Under the pieces are notes generated by a model that did not search any database, had not been told where the DNA came from, and saw only the letters and a program-made list of their open reading frames with translations. A program made the position numbers and the translations under genes. Below, one piece after another: positions 27,491 through 36,267 of a stretch of 51,389 bases of DNA (positions within the stretch are counted from its first letter, which is position 1; each line of letters starts with the position of its first letter). The stretch is from Acutalibacteraceae bacterium (GTDB taxonomy: Bacteria > Bacillota > Clostridia > Oscillospirales > Acutalibacteraceae), in the NCBI GenBank assembly GCA_045657745.1, contig JAZOTR010000091.1, positions 1-51,389 of the forward strand, written 5' to 3'.

Positions 27491-28774
27491 TTAGTCATCG
27501 GGATAGGAAAGGGAATTGTATATGTTTTTCTTCATAAGCTCATATAATTCTTTTTCAGTTATTCCGGAAGATTTTTGATTTTCCATATCCGGATATAAAG
27601 GAACATATTTTGTTCTAAGGTTAGCGATTGATGTTCCACTTGTTTCATACAGTTTTGCAATTTGGCGCAGGGTGAGATTTTTATTTACATATAACTCATA
27701 AAAGTCTTCAGCAGATAATTTTTTCTCAAGAGTAATGCGGTCTTTTGCGGTTATCTTGTTTTTATTTAAAAAAGAAATAATAGTATACAATGTAACATTT
27801 TGGTCTTTAGCAATCTGTTCCTTTGTCCAACCGCATTGTATGAAAAGAAATTTTACACGTTTAGCATCGACTTTTTCTGAAGCAGGAACGATACTGATGT
27901 TGTTTGTATTTTTTAAAGACACTATAAAAGCATAACTAATATAGTAAGTTTTACTTATTTGCTTAAGGCTCATTTGTTTTAGTACGACTTGTAGCCATTC
28001 TGCAGAAAAAGTAGTAATTCCTTTTTCTGCAGGGGGTATAATTTCGTACATTTCAGCAACCTGTGCCAAGGATTTGTCTTTAAGCATTTCATATAGTACA
28101 GCAGGTTCAACGGCTTCCATCACTTTACAGATAAGTTCTTTGTAAGGTGATGAGCAATTATTGGTGGCAATATCTTCAGCCAATTTTCCACCTTGCGCAA
28201 TATATTCTTGTTTCAACCGATATAAATAGAAGGGATTGCAACCTAATAACATAATTAGTTGTTCATTGGAAAATCCTATTTCAATTGCAAGTTTATGAAA
28301 GTATTCAATGCTGGGTTTACATTTGTTTTGCCTGCGGCTCTCATGAGAAATACCGTATTGTTTACGTAAATTTTTAATGGTAATTATAGAACATTTATAT
28401 TTATCGGCTATTTCCGTGTCTGCCATATTTTCTTCTACAAATAGTTTATATAAAAGTTCTTTTGTCAGAATTGACTTAAGAGTTGGTTTTGTAGGAATAT
28501 CATAAATGGCGAGTAGTCTGTTGATAATTGAAACTGAAAGATTGTATTCACGACAAATCTGAGCCACTTTTTTTTGTTCCAATTCTTTTTTTAATTGTTC
28601 CTTTGGTATTAGTAGGTGAATAGGAAATGCGTCAGGATTAGTATTGTAGCAAGAAAGATAAAAAAGGGAAATTTTTTGATAACTTGCATTTAACTTTTTT
28701 GACATTTCAAGAACTGTCAAACCTTGTGAAGCAAAGTTTGCAATAATATCTTTATTAAAATTATTTTTGCCCAT
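27491..28774 (-). CDS. Protein built from about eight tandem HTH-like repeats
   Basis: Recurring units of about 45-55 aa, e.g. ELLYKLFVEENMADTEIADKYKCSIITIKNLRKQYGI, EDFYELYVNKNLTLRQIAKLYETSGTSIANLRTKYV, KFLFIQCGWTKEQIAKDQNVTLYTIISFLNKNKI. Confidence 0.55.
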   Translation of the reverse strand: MGKNNFNKDIIANFASQGLTVLEMSKKLNASYQKISLFYLSCYNTNPDAFPIHLLIPKEQLKKELEQKKVAQICREYNLSVSIINRLLAIYDIPTKPTLKSILTKELLYKLFVEENMADTEIADKYKCSIITIKNLRKQYGISHESRRQNKCKPSIEYFHKLAIEIGFSNEQLIMLLGCNPFYLYRLKQEYIAQGGKLAEDIATNNCSSPYKELICKVMEAVEPAVLYEMLKDKSLAQVAEMYEIIPPAEKGITTFSAEWLQVVLKQMSLKQISKTYYISYAFIVSLKNTNNISIVPASEKVDAKRVKFLFIQCGWTKEQIAKDQNVTLYTIISFLNKNKITAKDRITLEKKLSAEDFYELYVNKNLTLRQIAKLYETSGTSIANLRTKYVPLYPDMENQKSSGITEKELYELMKKNIYNSLSYPDD

Positions 28775-28955
28775 TTATTACACTCCCTTCGTTTTTGTTA
28801 GTAAATTATACACTATTTTTTTGAATTAGGCAAGAATTAAAATGAATTTTTTTTAATTTTATATACTAAATTTCAACATATTAGTTATTTTGTATGTTGT
28901 CAAAGTATATTTCGTGTGCAAAATGCACTAAATTTTAGAAAATATACTTTTACTA

Positions 28956-28984
28956 TTGACAAACGCACAAATATATCGTAAAAT
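28956..28984 (+). promoter_or_regulatory. Sigma-70 promoter of the SpoVG-like gene
   Basis: TTGACA, 17 nt, TAAAAT; about 115-nt leader to ATG 29107. Confidence 0.6.
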
Positions 28985-28986
28985 GA

Positions 28987-29015
28987 GTTTGCGAATTAAA
29001 TATACTTTCGCAAAC
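28987..29015 (+). promoter_or_regulatory. Operator-like inverted repeat at the predicted transcription start
   Basis: GTTTGCGAA / TTCGCAAAC 9-bp arms, 11-nt spacer; AAATGAGTTTG is repeated at 28981 and 29039. Confidence 0.4.
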
Positions 29016-29106
29016 GATTGAAATACATTTGAACTTCAAATGAGTTTGACGGGCTCTCTAAAGAGAAAATGAATTTCTGTATTTTTCAAAGAAGGAGATG
29101 TGATAA

Positions 29107-29478
29107 ATGAAGGTAACGCAGATACATGTTATCCCTATTAAAGGATATCCGAGGATGCGGGCAAGCGTAAACATTGTTCTTGATGAAGTGTTAAAGGTTA
29201 AAGATATTCATATTATAGCCAAGAAGAATGGTCAAGGCGTTGATGTGATTTTCCCTGAAAGGCGTACATCAAGAGGAGATTACTTTGCAGTAGTTTATCC
29301 TATTAATAAGGAATTTCGTAAAGAAACTGTTAAAGCAATTTTGGATGAATACTACCGTGTTCTGAAGGAAAGCAATAATAATGATGTTGCAGATGCTCCA
29401 AGTGAGATTCCTGCTGAGGCGGAAGATTCTGATGACACTGCTGATGCAATGCCTGAAGAAGAACCGGACCTTGAATGA
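29107..29478 (+). CDS. SpoVG-family protein with acidic C-terminal tail
   Basis: MKVTQIHV...RMRASVNIVLDEVLKVKDIHII...YPINKEFRKETVKAILDEY parallels B. subtilis SpoVG; tail PAEAEDSDDTADAMPEEEPDLE. Confidence 0.75.
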   Translation: MKVTQIHVIPIKGYPRMRASVNIVLDEVLKVKDIHIIAKKNGQGVDVIFPERRTSRGDYFAVVYPINKEFRKETVKAILDEYYRVLKESNNNDVADAPSEIPAEAEDSDDTADAMPEEEPDLE

Positions 29479-29783
29479 CGGTAAAATCAGGAGATAAGTT
29501 GTACGAAGGCTGCGAGACAGTAATGAAGCAGCTTATCTTAGATGAATCGAATACAAACAATAAAATCTATGCGGACGAATATGATTTAGGATTGGCTACT
29601 TTGTCCTCCTGCTTGACAGAATGTATAGATAATGATGTGATGTATTTTAATAAAGATACGGCGAAGGGAATCTTATATTGTCTCACGGCGCAGTTCGCTT
29701 GTATTAAAACGCCATCGGAAGTTAATTATGATGCTATTTCAGGTGAAATAGTAGAACTCTTTAACATAGGAAAAAACGGATAA
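29475..29783 (+). CDS. Hypothetical protein (start may be ATG 29523)
   Basis: Overlaps the SpoVG-like stop by 4 nt; no recognisable domain. Confidence 0.4.
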   Translation: MTVKSGDKLYEGCETVMKQLILDESNTNNKIYADEYDLGLATLSSCLTECIDNDVMYFNKDTAKGILYCLTAQFACIKTPSEVNYDAISGEIVELFNIGKNG

Positions 29784-29816
29784 AAAAATTTAATATTTTA
29801 ATAAATGATATTTGTA

Positions 29817-29877
29817 CAGACTCACATACGATTAGCGATCATTTTGATTTTCGGTATGAGAGGGCTGTCTTTTTTTA
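29817..29877 (+). terminator. Imperfect long hairpin followed by a T-run
   Basis: CAGACTCACATACGA ... TCGGTATGAGAGGGCTG followed by TCTTTTTTT. Confidence 0.5.
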
Positions 29878-29969
29878 TCCTTTTTTAGTAATATGCGGAG
29901 GTGAGTACGGTCTATAAAAGTTAATAATAATGTTTCTAAAGCAAATCCCTGATATTTTTGAGGTGAATT

Positions 29970-30713
29970 ATGGATATAGTTATCTATTCTTTAATGTTTT
30001 TTGCACTCACCTGTATCGGAAGTTTTATCGGTGTATGTTTTGAACGTATACCCGAAGGAGAATCGATCATTAAGGGAAGATCTCATTGTGAGAGCTGCGG
30101 AAAAACTCTAAAAGGTTACGAATTGGTTCCGATTATTAGTTATCTGTTTTTAAGAGGCAGATGCTCTAAGTGTAAGAAGAAAATACCTCTTCGTTGTCTT
30201 GGAATCGAGTTTTTTACAGCTGTCTTCGGAATTATCCCGTTGATCATGTACGGAGTAAGCGTTCAGGGCTTTGCGTATTGTGCAATAAGCTGTATTTTGT
30301 TTGAAATTGCCCTTTTGGATTATAGAACAATGGAAATATCCGATTTTGCAAATCTTTTGATTGGACTTATTGGTATTGCATTGATGATTTATGAGGGTAG
30401 TTATCTTTCATCGCTGATAGGTTTGGTGTGTGTAAGCATTCCGTTCTTAGGACTCGCACTTTGCGGTGTGATGGGCTACGGCGATGTTAAGTTAATGGCT
30501 GCAGTCGGTGTTCTACTTGGAATAAAAGGCGTTTTGTTTGCCGCGTTTGCCGGGATTGTAATCGGTTGTTTTGCGGCGATTATTTTGAAATTCAGAAAAA
30601 CATATGACTGGAAAAGCGAAATTGCATTTGGTCCGTATCTTTGCATCGGCAGTTATCTGTCTATGCTTATTGGACCTCGTTGCATTGAGCTTTACCTATC
30701 ACTAATTCAATAA
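29970..30713 (+). CDS. pilD: Prepilin peptidase (A24 family, PilD/ComC type)
   Basis: N-terminal CESCG...CSKCKK zinc motif, polytopic, GYGDVKLMAA aspartyl motif. Confidence 0.88.
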   Translation: MDIVIYSLMFFALTCIGSFIGVCFERIPEGESIIKGRSHCESCGKTLKGYELVPIISYLFLRGRCSKCKKKIPLRCLGIEFFTAVFGIIPLIMYGVSVQGFAYCAISCILFEIALLDYRTMEISDFANLLIGLIGIALMIYEGSYLSSLIGLVCVSIPFLGLALCGVMGYGDVKLMAAVGVLLGIKGVLFAAFAGIVIGCFAAIILKFRKTYDWKSEIAFGPYLCIGSYLSMLIGPRCIELYLSLIQ

Positions 30714-30730
30714 TAAGGAGAATCATCGAC

Positions 30731-31417
30731 ATGAGATTTTTTAAATCAACCCCTAAAAAGAAAAAAACAAATTCTAAGCGCAAGGGCTTTACCCTTGTAG
30801 AACTCTTGGTTGTAATCGGTATCCTTGCAGTACTCGCTGCAGTTGCTATTCCTAGCGTTGCCGGCCTTATAGAAAAGGGTAATGTGTCTACCGACACCCA
30901 GAACGCAACCGAAATGACAAATGCAGTTACTCGCTGGGTAAGTGAGTACGAGCTTTATATCGCAGAGGTTAACTCCGGTACCGTTGACGACGACGATCCC
31001 GTTGCCGGTCGTGTTTCTAACACAATCACGACTGTAGATGCGGACTTTGACGCAACTGACCGTGAAGTTGTTAAGCTCTTCGAAAAAGGCGTAGACGGCA
31101 CAGCTGAAAGCGCTACTGTCGGCAGTATTGATTACCGTACCAAGTATCCTACCAGTGAGGCTATGGTTAAGGCCGTTATTTCCAACTACACCCAGATCAA
31201 GGGTGAGTCCTTCGAGCCTAAGCAGAAGACTATGAGCTTCTTCTATTGCCCGAGCCTCGGCGCTATTGTGTTCGCAGACAGCGATGCAACCGTTTCTGAC
31301 TTGAATGCACAGTATAAGAACGGTATTGACGCTAAGGGTAATGCCCTTGACGATGACACTGTATGGATTAACCTTACCACTGACACTGCAAATGATGTTG
31401 TAGGCAGCGGTTCCTAA
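30731..31417 (+). CDS. Type IV pilin / pseudopilin, long basic leader
   Basis: Leader MRFFKSTPKKKKTNSKRKG then FTLVELLVVIGILAVLAAVAIPS prepilin cleavage/methylation motif; acidic Thr/Asp-rich globular part. Confidence 0.85.
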   Translation: MRFFKSTPKKKKTNSKRKGFTLVELLVVIGILAVLAAVAIPSVAGLIEKGNVSTDTQNATEMTNAVTRWVSEYELYIAEVNSGTVDDDDPVAGRVSNTITTVDADFDATDREVVKLFEKGVDGTAESATVGSIDYRTKYPTSEAMVKAVISNYTQIKGESFEPKQKTMSFFYCPSLGAIVFADSDATVSDLNAQYKNGIDAKGNALDDDTVWINLTTDTANDVVGSGS

Positions 31418-31459
31418 CTTCAAGCAGCGACACCGCTGCAGCCAAATATATTAAGGAGT

Positions 31460-31484
31460 CTTCGGGAGCGTTATGCTCCCGAAG
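31460..31484 (+). promoter_or_regulatory. Strong hairpin downstream of the pilin gene (attenuator or stabiliser; no T-run)
   Basis: CTTCGGGAGC / GCTCCCGAAG 10-bp stem. Confidence 0.4.
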
Positions 31485-31509
31485 ATAGCCTGATTTTCGC
31501 GGAGGACAT

Positions 31510-31773
31510 ATGAAAAAAGGTTTTACTTTAGTCGAACTTCTGTGTGTTCTCGGTATAGTTGCCATTTTATCGACAATATCGGTACCCGTGCTGAAAAGAG
31601 CAGATGAAAACAGCCGTGACAAAGCCGATAACGCCATGATTTTGGTCTATACTAAGGCTTTGGAAAGTTACAGACTTAATGATTACGGTGCTTTTACTCG
31701 AGTGCCAAATAAAAGAGTCACCTTCGAAGAAAACGGAAAAGAAATAGTAGAAAATATATGGAACGAGCTTTAA
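31510..31773 (+). CDS. Short pilin-like protein, probably 3'-truncated
   Basis: MKKG then FTLVELLCVLGIVAILSTISVP prepilin motif; only 87 aa; runs into a GspF-domain fragment. Confidence 0.65.
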   Translation: MKKGFTLVELLCVLGIVAILSTISVPVLKRADENSRDKADNAMILVYTKALESYRLNDYGAFTRVPNKRVTFEENGKEIVENIWNEL

Positions 31774-32048
31774 GAAAAATTCCGGTATACAGAGGTATCA
31801 GCGATGCGAAGATCATGGGTAAATATTCCCGTGTAGTGTCTTCAATGCTCGATAGCGGTGTTTCTGTAGTTAAGACATTATCTATTGCCAAGGGCTCACT
31901 TCAGAATGTTGATTTTGAGGATAGCTTTGAGAATGTTATTGCTGATGTAAAAACTGGTGTACCAATTTATCAGGCATTGGAAAACACAAATAAGTTTATC
32001 TTGAGAACGGAGAAACAGGTCAATACGATATTTTATCAGGGCTTATAA
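31758..32048 (+). pseudogene. GspF/PilC platform-protein fragment (one cytoplasmic domain only)
   Basis: KIPVYRGI...KYSRVVSSMLDSGVSVVKTLSIA...IADVKTGVPIYQALE fits a single T2SS-F domain; no TM segments; 96 aa versus about 400 expected. Confidence 0.55.
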
Positions 32049-32302
32049 CTAAAAACTTCTGTGAATTTATAGGCTATAAAAATACGGCATATATAGACCT
32101 TAACAATTCACCTTTTGCCACAGAACTATTACAAAGAGGTTTTGCTGAAGACACAGGATTCTACAAAGATAGTGGTTTTTGCAAATATCCTTTATGGGAA
32201 TTTAAAGAAGAATTTTTAAAACAGATAGGCGAAGAAAAATACAAGCAATACTCCGATGAGTATGATAAGTATATGAAAGAAATGTTTTCGCCGGATGAAT
32301 AA
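31994..32302 (+). pseudogene. Start-less ORF remnant (DUF4313-like by recollection)
   Basis: Frame open 31994-32302 without a usable start: ...GETGQYDILSGLITKNFCEFIGYKNTAYIDLNNSPFATELLQRGFAEDTGFYKDSGFCKYPLWEFKEEFLKQIG...; absent from the ORF track. Confidence 0.35.
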
Positions 32303-32323
32303 AGAGAAAGTAGGTAAAATATA

Positions 32324-32596
32324 ATGGGAATTGATTTTCACAACACTAAATACGGTCAGATATTTTTTGAGGTACAGTTACCGCAATTGACTCGTGAGAT
32401 AGGCCGTTTGGCAAATGCAGTAGAGAATAATAATCAATTGTTGTTTGATGCACAAAAGGAGAACAAGTCAAAAATCTATTGCGATGTTTTGACTTGCGCA
32501 AACCGTTCAAAAGATGGATTTTGTACTAAAGAAGCAGTTGCTTTAAACAGTGACAGTATCTGTGAGGATAAAGAAAATGAAGAAACAACAACATAA
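32324..32596 (+). CDS. Small Cys-containing protein (DUF1540-like C-terminus)
   Basis: IYCDVLTCANRSKDGFCTKEAVALNSDSIC resembles the DUF1540 Cys pattern; GTAGGT RBS-like sequence upstream. Confidence 0.4.
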   Translation: MGIDFHNTKYGQIFFEVQLPQLTREIGRLANAVENNNQLLFDAQKENKSKIYCDVLTCANRSKDGFCTKEAVALNSDSICEDKENEETTT

Positions 32597-32610
32597 AGGT
32601 AAAATAGTAA

Positions 32611-32631
32611 GCGGGCTGATTTTCAGCCCGC
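32611..32631 (+). terminator. Hairpin terminator
   Basis: GCGGGCTGA / TCAGCCCGC. Confidence 0.55.
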
Positions 32632-32895
32632 AAGCTTATTTAGAGGTTGCAACAGGTAATTGTTATTGTCTTACACACAATATGCCTGTATGATATAAAT
32701 CAATATATTGAGCACTTGAATAACAACTGATTATTTGTTATCGTAAACGGCAAAGGTATTAGCGGACTTTGAGAGCACAATATCTATAGACACCCGTTTT
32801 GCTCTCTTGTTAAAACCGACAGTAATGCTTGGGATAAATGTATACTTTCTCAGCAAAAGATTTTCAAACAATACAGACTAGACTTCCTGTTCGGT

Positions 32896-33502
32896 ATGTG
32901 CCACGTGGGAATGGAAGAATTTGTTTTCTTTGCAAATGAAAAGACCTTTGTGAGTGTAAGCGGATATGGCATCAACAAAAAGAGCGAGAAAGCTTATAAA
33001 CCGTTTGTCGCAGGAATTTTTTTAATAAATCAGAGCTACTGCAAATATACGAAACAACTCTTAAATATCAAACAGAGGATAAATATTGCTTACGGACATT
33101 CCCAAAACAGAAAATGCAGTGTTCAATTCGCTGTTAGCTTATGTACAGCATAACTTTATGAATGACATTACCATTTGGGATATCGCACATGCTTGCGTTT
33201 GCTCGGAATCCACCGTGAGTCATCTCTTTCGGCAGTATATGGGCAAGTCGGTAAAAAAATATATTGCCGAGCTTCGCATTAATCAGGCAAAGAAGCTGTT
33301 AAGCACCAGCGATTTACCTATAGGCACAGTTGCACAGATGTGCGGCTTTTCAAATATCGGATATTTCCCGACAGCCTTCAAAAAAACCGTCGGCGTGAGT
33401 CCTACAGAATATCGCACTCAAACGAGCGGTCGGCGACCTGATACAGGCGGCAGTACCAAATTTGCAATTAAAAATGAAGCAAACCGTGTTTCTCCACGGT
33501 AG
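32896..33502 (+). pseudogene. AraC-family regulator with two frame breaks in homopolymers
   Basis: The HTH half (33086..33502: ITIWDIAHACVCSESTVSHLFRQYMGKSVKKYI...) is intact. Adding one T to T7 (33017-33023) and one A to A3 (33081-33083) joins three frames into one ORF. Confidence 0.55.
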
Positions 33503-33685
33503 CCGGTTGCCGATCATCTGTATAAATGCAGAAGGTTTCATTGAAATCTGTCACCGCAACGGTGCAGAGCCGTTGTACTTTAAGGGAGATAAAGCGTTCA
33601 TCGAAAGCAATGTTAATTTTTGTCGCTTTACAATTGTTTTAGCTTGTGCTATAATTAAAGAGCGATAATATTGCAAAAGGCATAT

Positions 33686-33854
33686 AATTTTCGGGGGGGT
33701 ATACTGTTGGAAGTATATTACGAACAGAAGAAAGTAAGGCTGTCTTGCTATAACGTTAAATCTCTTTCGGAGGTTCCTCACTTTCACTTGGAGCTTGAAA
33801 TGATAGTCTGCTTTTCGGGAAAAGTAAATTGCTTTTTAAGCGGACAGAATTTCG
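33686..33854 (+). repeat. Copy 1 of about 170-bp repeat (AraC 5' region)
   Basis: Aligns with 45724-45895; the last 80 nt or so have 6 mismatches by my count, and similarity ends abruptly after GACAGAATTTCG. Confidence 0.85.
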
Positions 33855-34531
33855 ATTTAGGGGCAGGGGATATTGTCCTTGTTTTTCCGAATCAGGTACA
33901 TAATTATAAGATGATTGAAAGCGGAGAGTTTTTAGTTGTCATATTTTATCCCGAGCTTATTCCAAATATGACAAGCTATTTTAAAAGTTGTCTGCCCGAA
34001 CGATTAAAGATTAATATCAATGAATCCAACGAGTTAAAGAATGTTCTGTTTTCCCTCAAAGATAATTACATCAAAGAAGTCGATAATTCGGAATCTATGC
34101 TCATCGGCTATCTTAATCTGGCTATGTTTTTGATGAAACCTCTCATGGGGTCTAAACCGATTGCGAATATCAGCACGGGTAATTTTGAAAAAATCTGTAA
34201 TTACTGTATTCATAATTACAGGAATAAAATCACATTAGAAATACTGTCAAAGGAGCTGCATTTAAGCACTCAAAGAATTTCGCATATATTTAATCAGAAT
34301 ATGCGGATTACTATACCAAGGTATGTAAACTTCCTGCGAATCAGCGAGGCATGCCGGTTGCTCACAAAAACCTCAGACACCGTTGCTAAAATCTCAGAAG
34401 ACGTCGGTTTTGACAACCTGCGTAACTTTAACAGAGCTTTCTATAAAGTAATGCAAATGACCCCGACGGAATTCCGTGATAATAATGAGAAAGAAAAAGA
34501 AAAAAATGACCCCGACGGTATTTTCGTATAG
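33707..34531 (+). CDS. AraC-family regulator (cupin + double HTH)
   Basis: HFHLELEMIVCFSG cupin-like N-domain, C-terminal HTH pair; the G7 run acts as RBS 7 nt before TTG 33707 (track start 33671 also possible). Confidence 0.85.
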   Translation: MEVYYEQKKVRLSCYNVKSLSEVPHFHLELEMIVCFSGKVNCFLSGQNFDLGAGDIVLVFPNQVHNYKMIESGEFLVVIFYPELIPNMTSYFKSCLPERLKININESNELKNVLFSLKDNYIKEVDNSESMLIGYLNLAMFLMKPLMGSKPIANISTGNFEKICNYCIHNYRNKITLEILSKELHLSTQRISHIFNQNMRITIPRYVNFLRISEACRLLTKTSDTVAKISEDVGFDNLRNFNRAFYKVMQMTPTEFRDNNEKEKEKNDPDGIFV

Positions 34532-34548
34532 TTTTTTTATAATCCGAA

Positions 34549-34576
34549 AGCGCTCATGCTGAAAAGCATGAGCGCT
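34549..34576 (+). terminator. Terminator of the AraC gene, abutting IS copy 2
   Basis: AGCGCTCATGC / GCATGAGCGCT. Confidence 0.6.
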
Positions 34577-36170
34577 CAGACTGTAGACAAAGCAGGTTTT
34601 CTAAGTGGCAGAAAATCTGCTTTTTTCTTTTTGTGGATTGAAATAGAAAAAATTTAATAAAACATCAAATAAATCTCGTAAAAAGTCAGTATATCCTTGT
34701 CTTTTATCAAGTATTTTTGCTAACTTTTTGAGATTAAGGCAAGCAAAAGTAAGCCCGACCTTCATTTCCATTTTAGCCTTGCCTACCATTTGCGTATATC
34801 TGAAACCGTGGTGCTCTTTGGCTGTGCCGAACAGTCGCTCTATGGTTTCTTTTCTTTTTTTGTAAAGTTCTTTGTTACCTTTTGTACACGAATATCCTCA
34901 CATATTTCTATGTAATTATCCCATATATGTTGTGTAACTACTTTTGTGTGGTTTTGGCTTTCGGTACACTTAAATAAATAAGGACTTTTTTCACAGTCCT
35001 GTGGACAACTCTTGTATTCTCGGTATCCCTCGCGGTTTGTTGTTGAGTATTTTAATACTTTATTATTGGGGCATATGTAACAGTCAAAGTATTCATCATA
35101 AACATAGTCATACTTTTTAAAATATCCTTTTTGGGTCTGTGGACGCTTGTAAGGCAAAAGCGGTTTTATCCCATCATCAATTAAAAGCTTCGCTATTGCA
35201 GGGGTTCTGTAGCCTGCATCCGCTATTATTGTTTTTATCTCAGGATTTTTTATCTTGTCATAAAGTCCTTTGAAGGTTCTTCTGTCGTGAAGATTACCTC
35301 TGTTTACTGTATAGCCTAATATCCATCCATGCTTGTCACAAGCAGTTTCTATTGAGTGTGCAAATACCTGTTTATGTTCGCCTTTATGAAACCAACCGCT
35401 TTCAGGGTCACTTGTGCTGCACTTTTCTTCCTTGAAAGTTCCGCCTGATGAAGACTTTCCATTATTGTTATCGTCATCATCCTTTTTATCTTTAAGGGGC
35501 TTTTGCCATGTTTCTTACGGTCAAAATTTATTTCTTTTTCTAATTGCTCTTCATAAAACAAAGCTTCTTGTTTTACGATTTCTGTTGTTACTTTTTTGTT
35601 GTTCGCGCATGCTTTTACATGAGTGGCATCTACAAATACTTCTTTCGGTTTTACCAATCCATGCTTAATACATTCTTCAAGTATGCTGCTGAATATTTGC
35701 TCAAATATATTGGTATCTTTAAATCTACGTACATAATTCTTACCAAAGGTTGAGAAATGCGGTACTCTATCTGTTAAATCCAAGCCCAAAAACCAACGGT
35801 ATGCTACATTTACCTCGATCTCATTAATCGTCTGTCTCATACTTTTTATTCCATACAGATACTGTATGATCGGTATTTTTATGAGGGTGACAGGATTTAT
35901 GCTTGGTCTACCGTTATCTAAGCAATATTTATCTTCTACTAATTCGTAGATAAAGCTCCAATCTATGGCTCGCTCTATCTTTCTTAGCAAATGATCTTTC
36001 GGCACTAAATCCTCTATACAAAACATTTGTATTTGATTCCGTTTTTCTTCACTTTTTATTAAGCATTTCCTACACCTCTTTATTACTCTAATTATACCAT
36101 ATTTTTACTTTCTTTTCACCCTTTTTTGCAAAAAAAACAAAGCCCCTTTCGGGACTTTGTCTACAGTCTG
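34577..36170 (-). mobile_element. IS1182-family-like insertion sequence, copy 2 (decayed)
   Basis: Perfect 16-bp terminal IR CAGACTGTAGACAAAG / CTTTGTCTACAGTCTG; transposase split into at least three ORFs. Confidence 0.8.
34601..36026 (-). pseudogene. IS1182-family transposase, multiple frame disruptions
   Basis: Track ORFs 35349..36026, 34840..35157 and 34601..34789 together parallel the copy-1 protein (YRWFLG, DAGY, TTNREGYREY, LNLKKLA segments). Confidence 0.8.
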
Positions 36171-36267
36171 AGACAAGTCGAAAGACTTGTCTTTTTTCCT
36201 CATTGTGCCTTAACCACTTTTATGCTATAATATATATATACTATTCAACTTTAAAAAGGTGGTTTTT

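Noticed and set aside
30746-31423. 225-aa antisense ORF almost exactly co-extensive with the pilin gene
   Set aside because: It is codon-aligned with the sense frame, so it stays open simply because the pilin gene uses no TTA, CTA or TCA codons. It has no RBS and a low-complexity composition. It is a shadow ORF.
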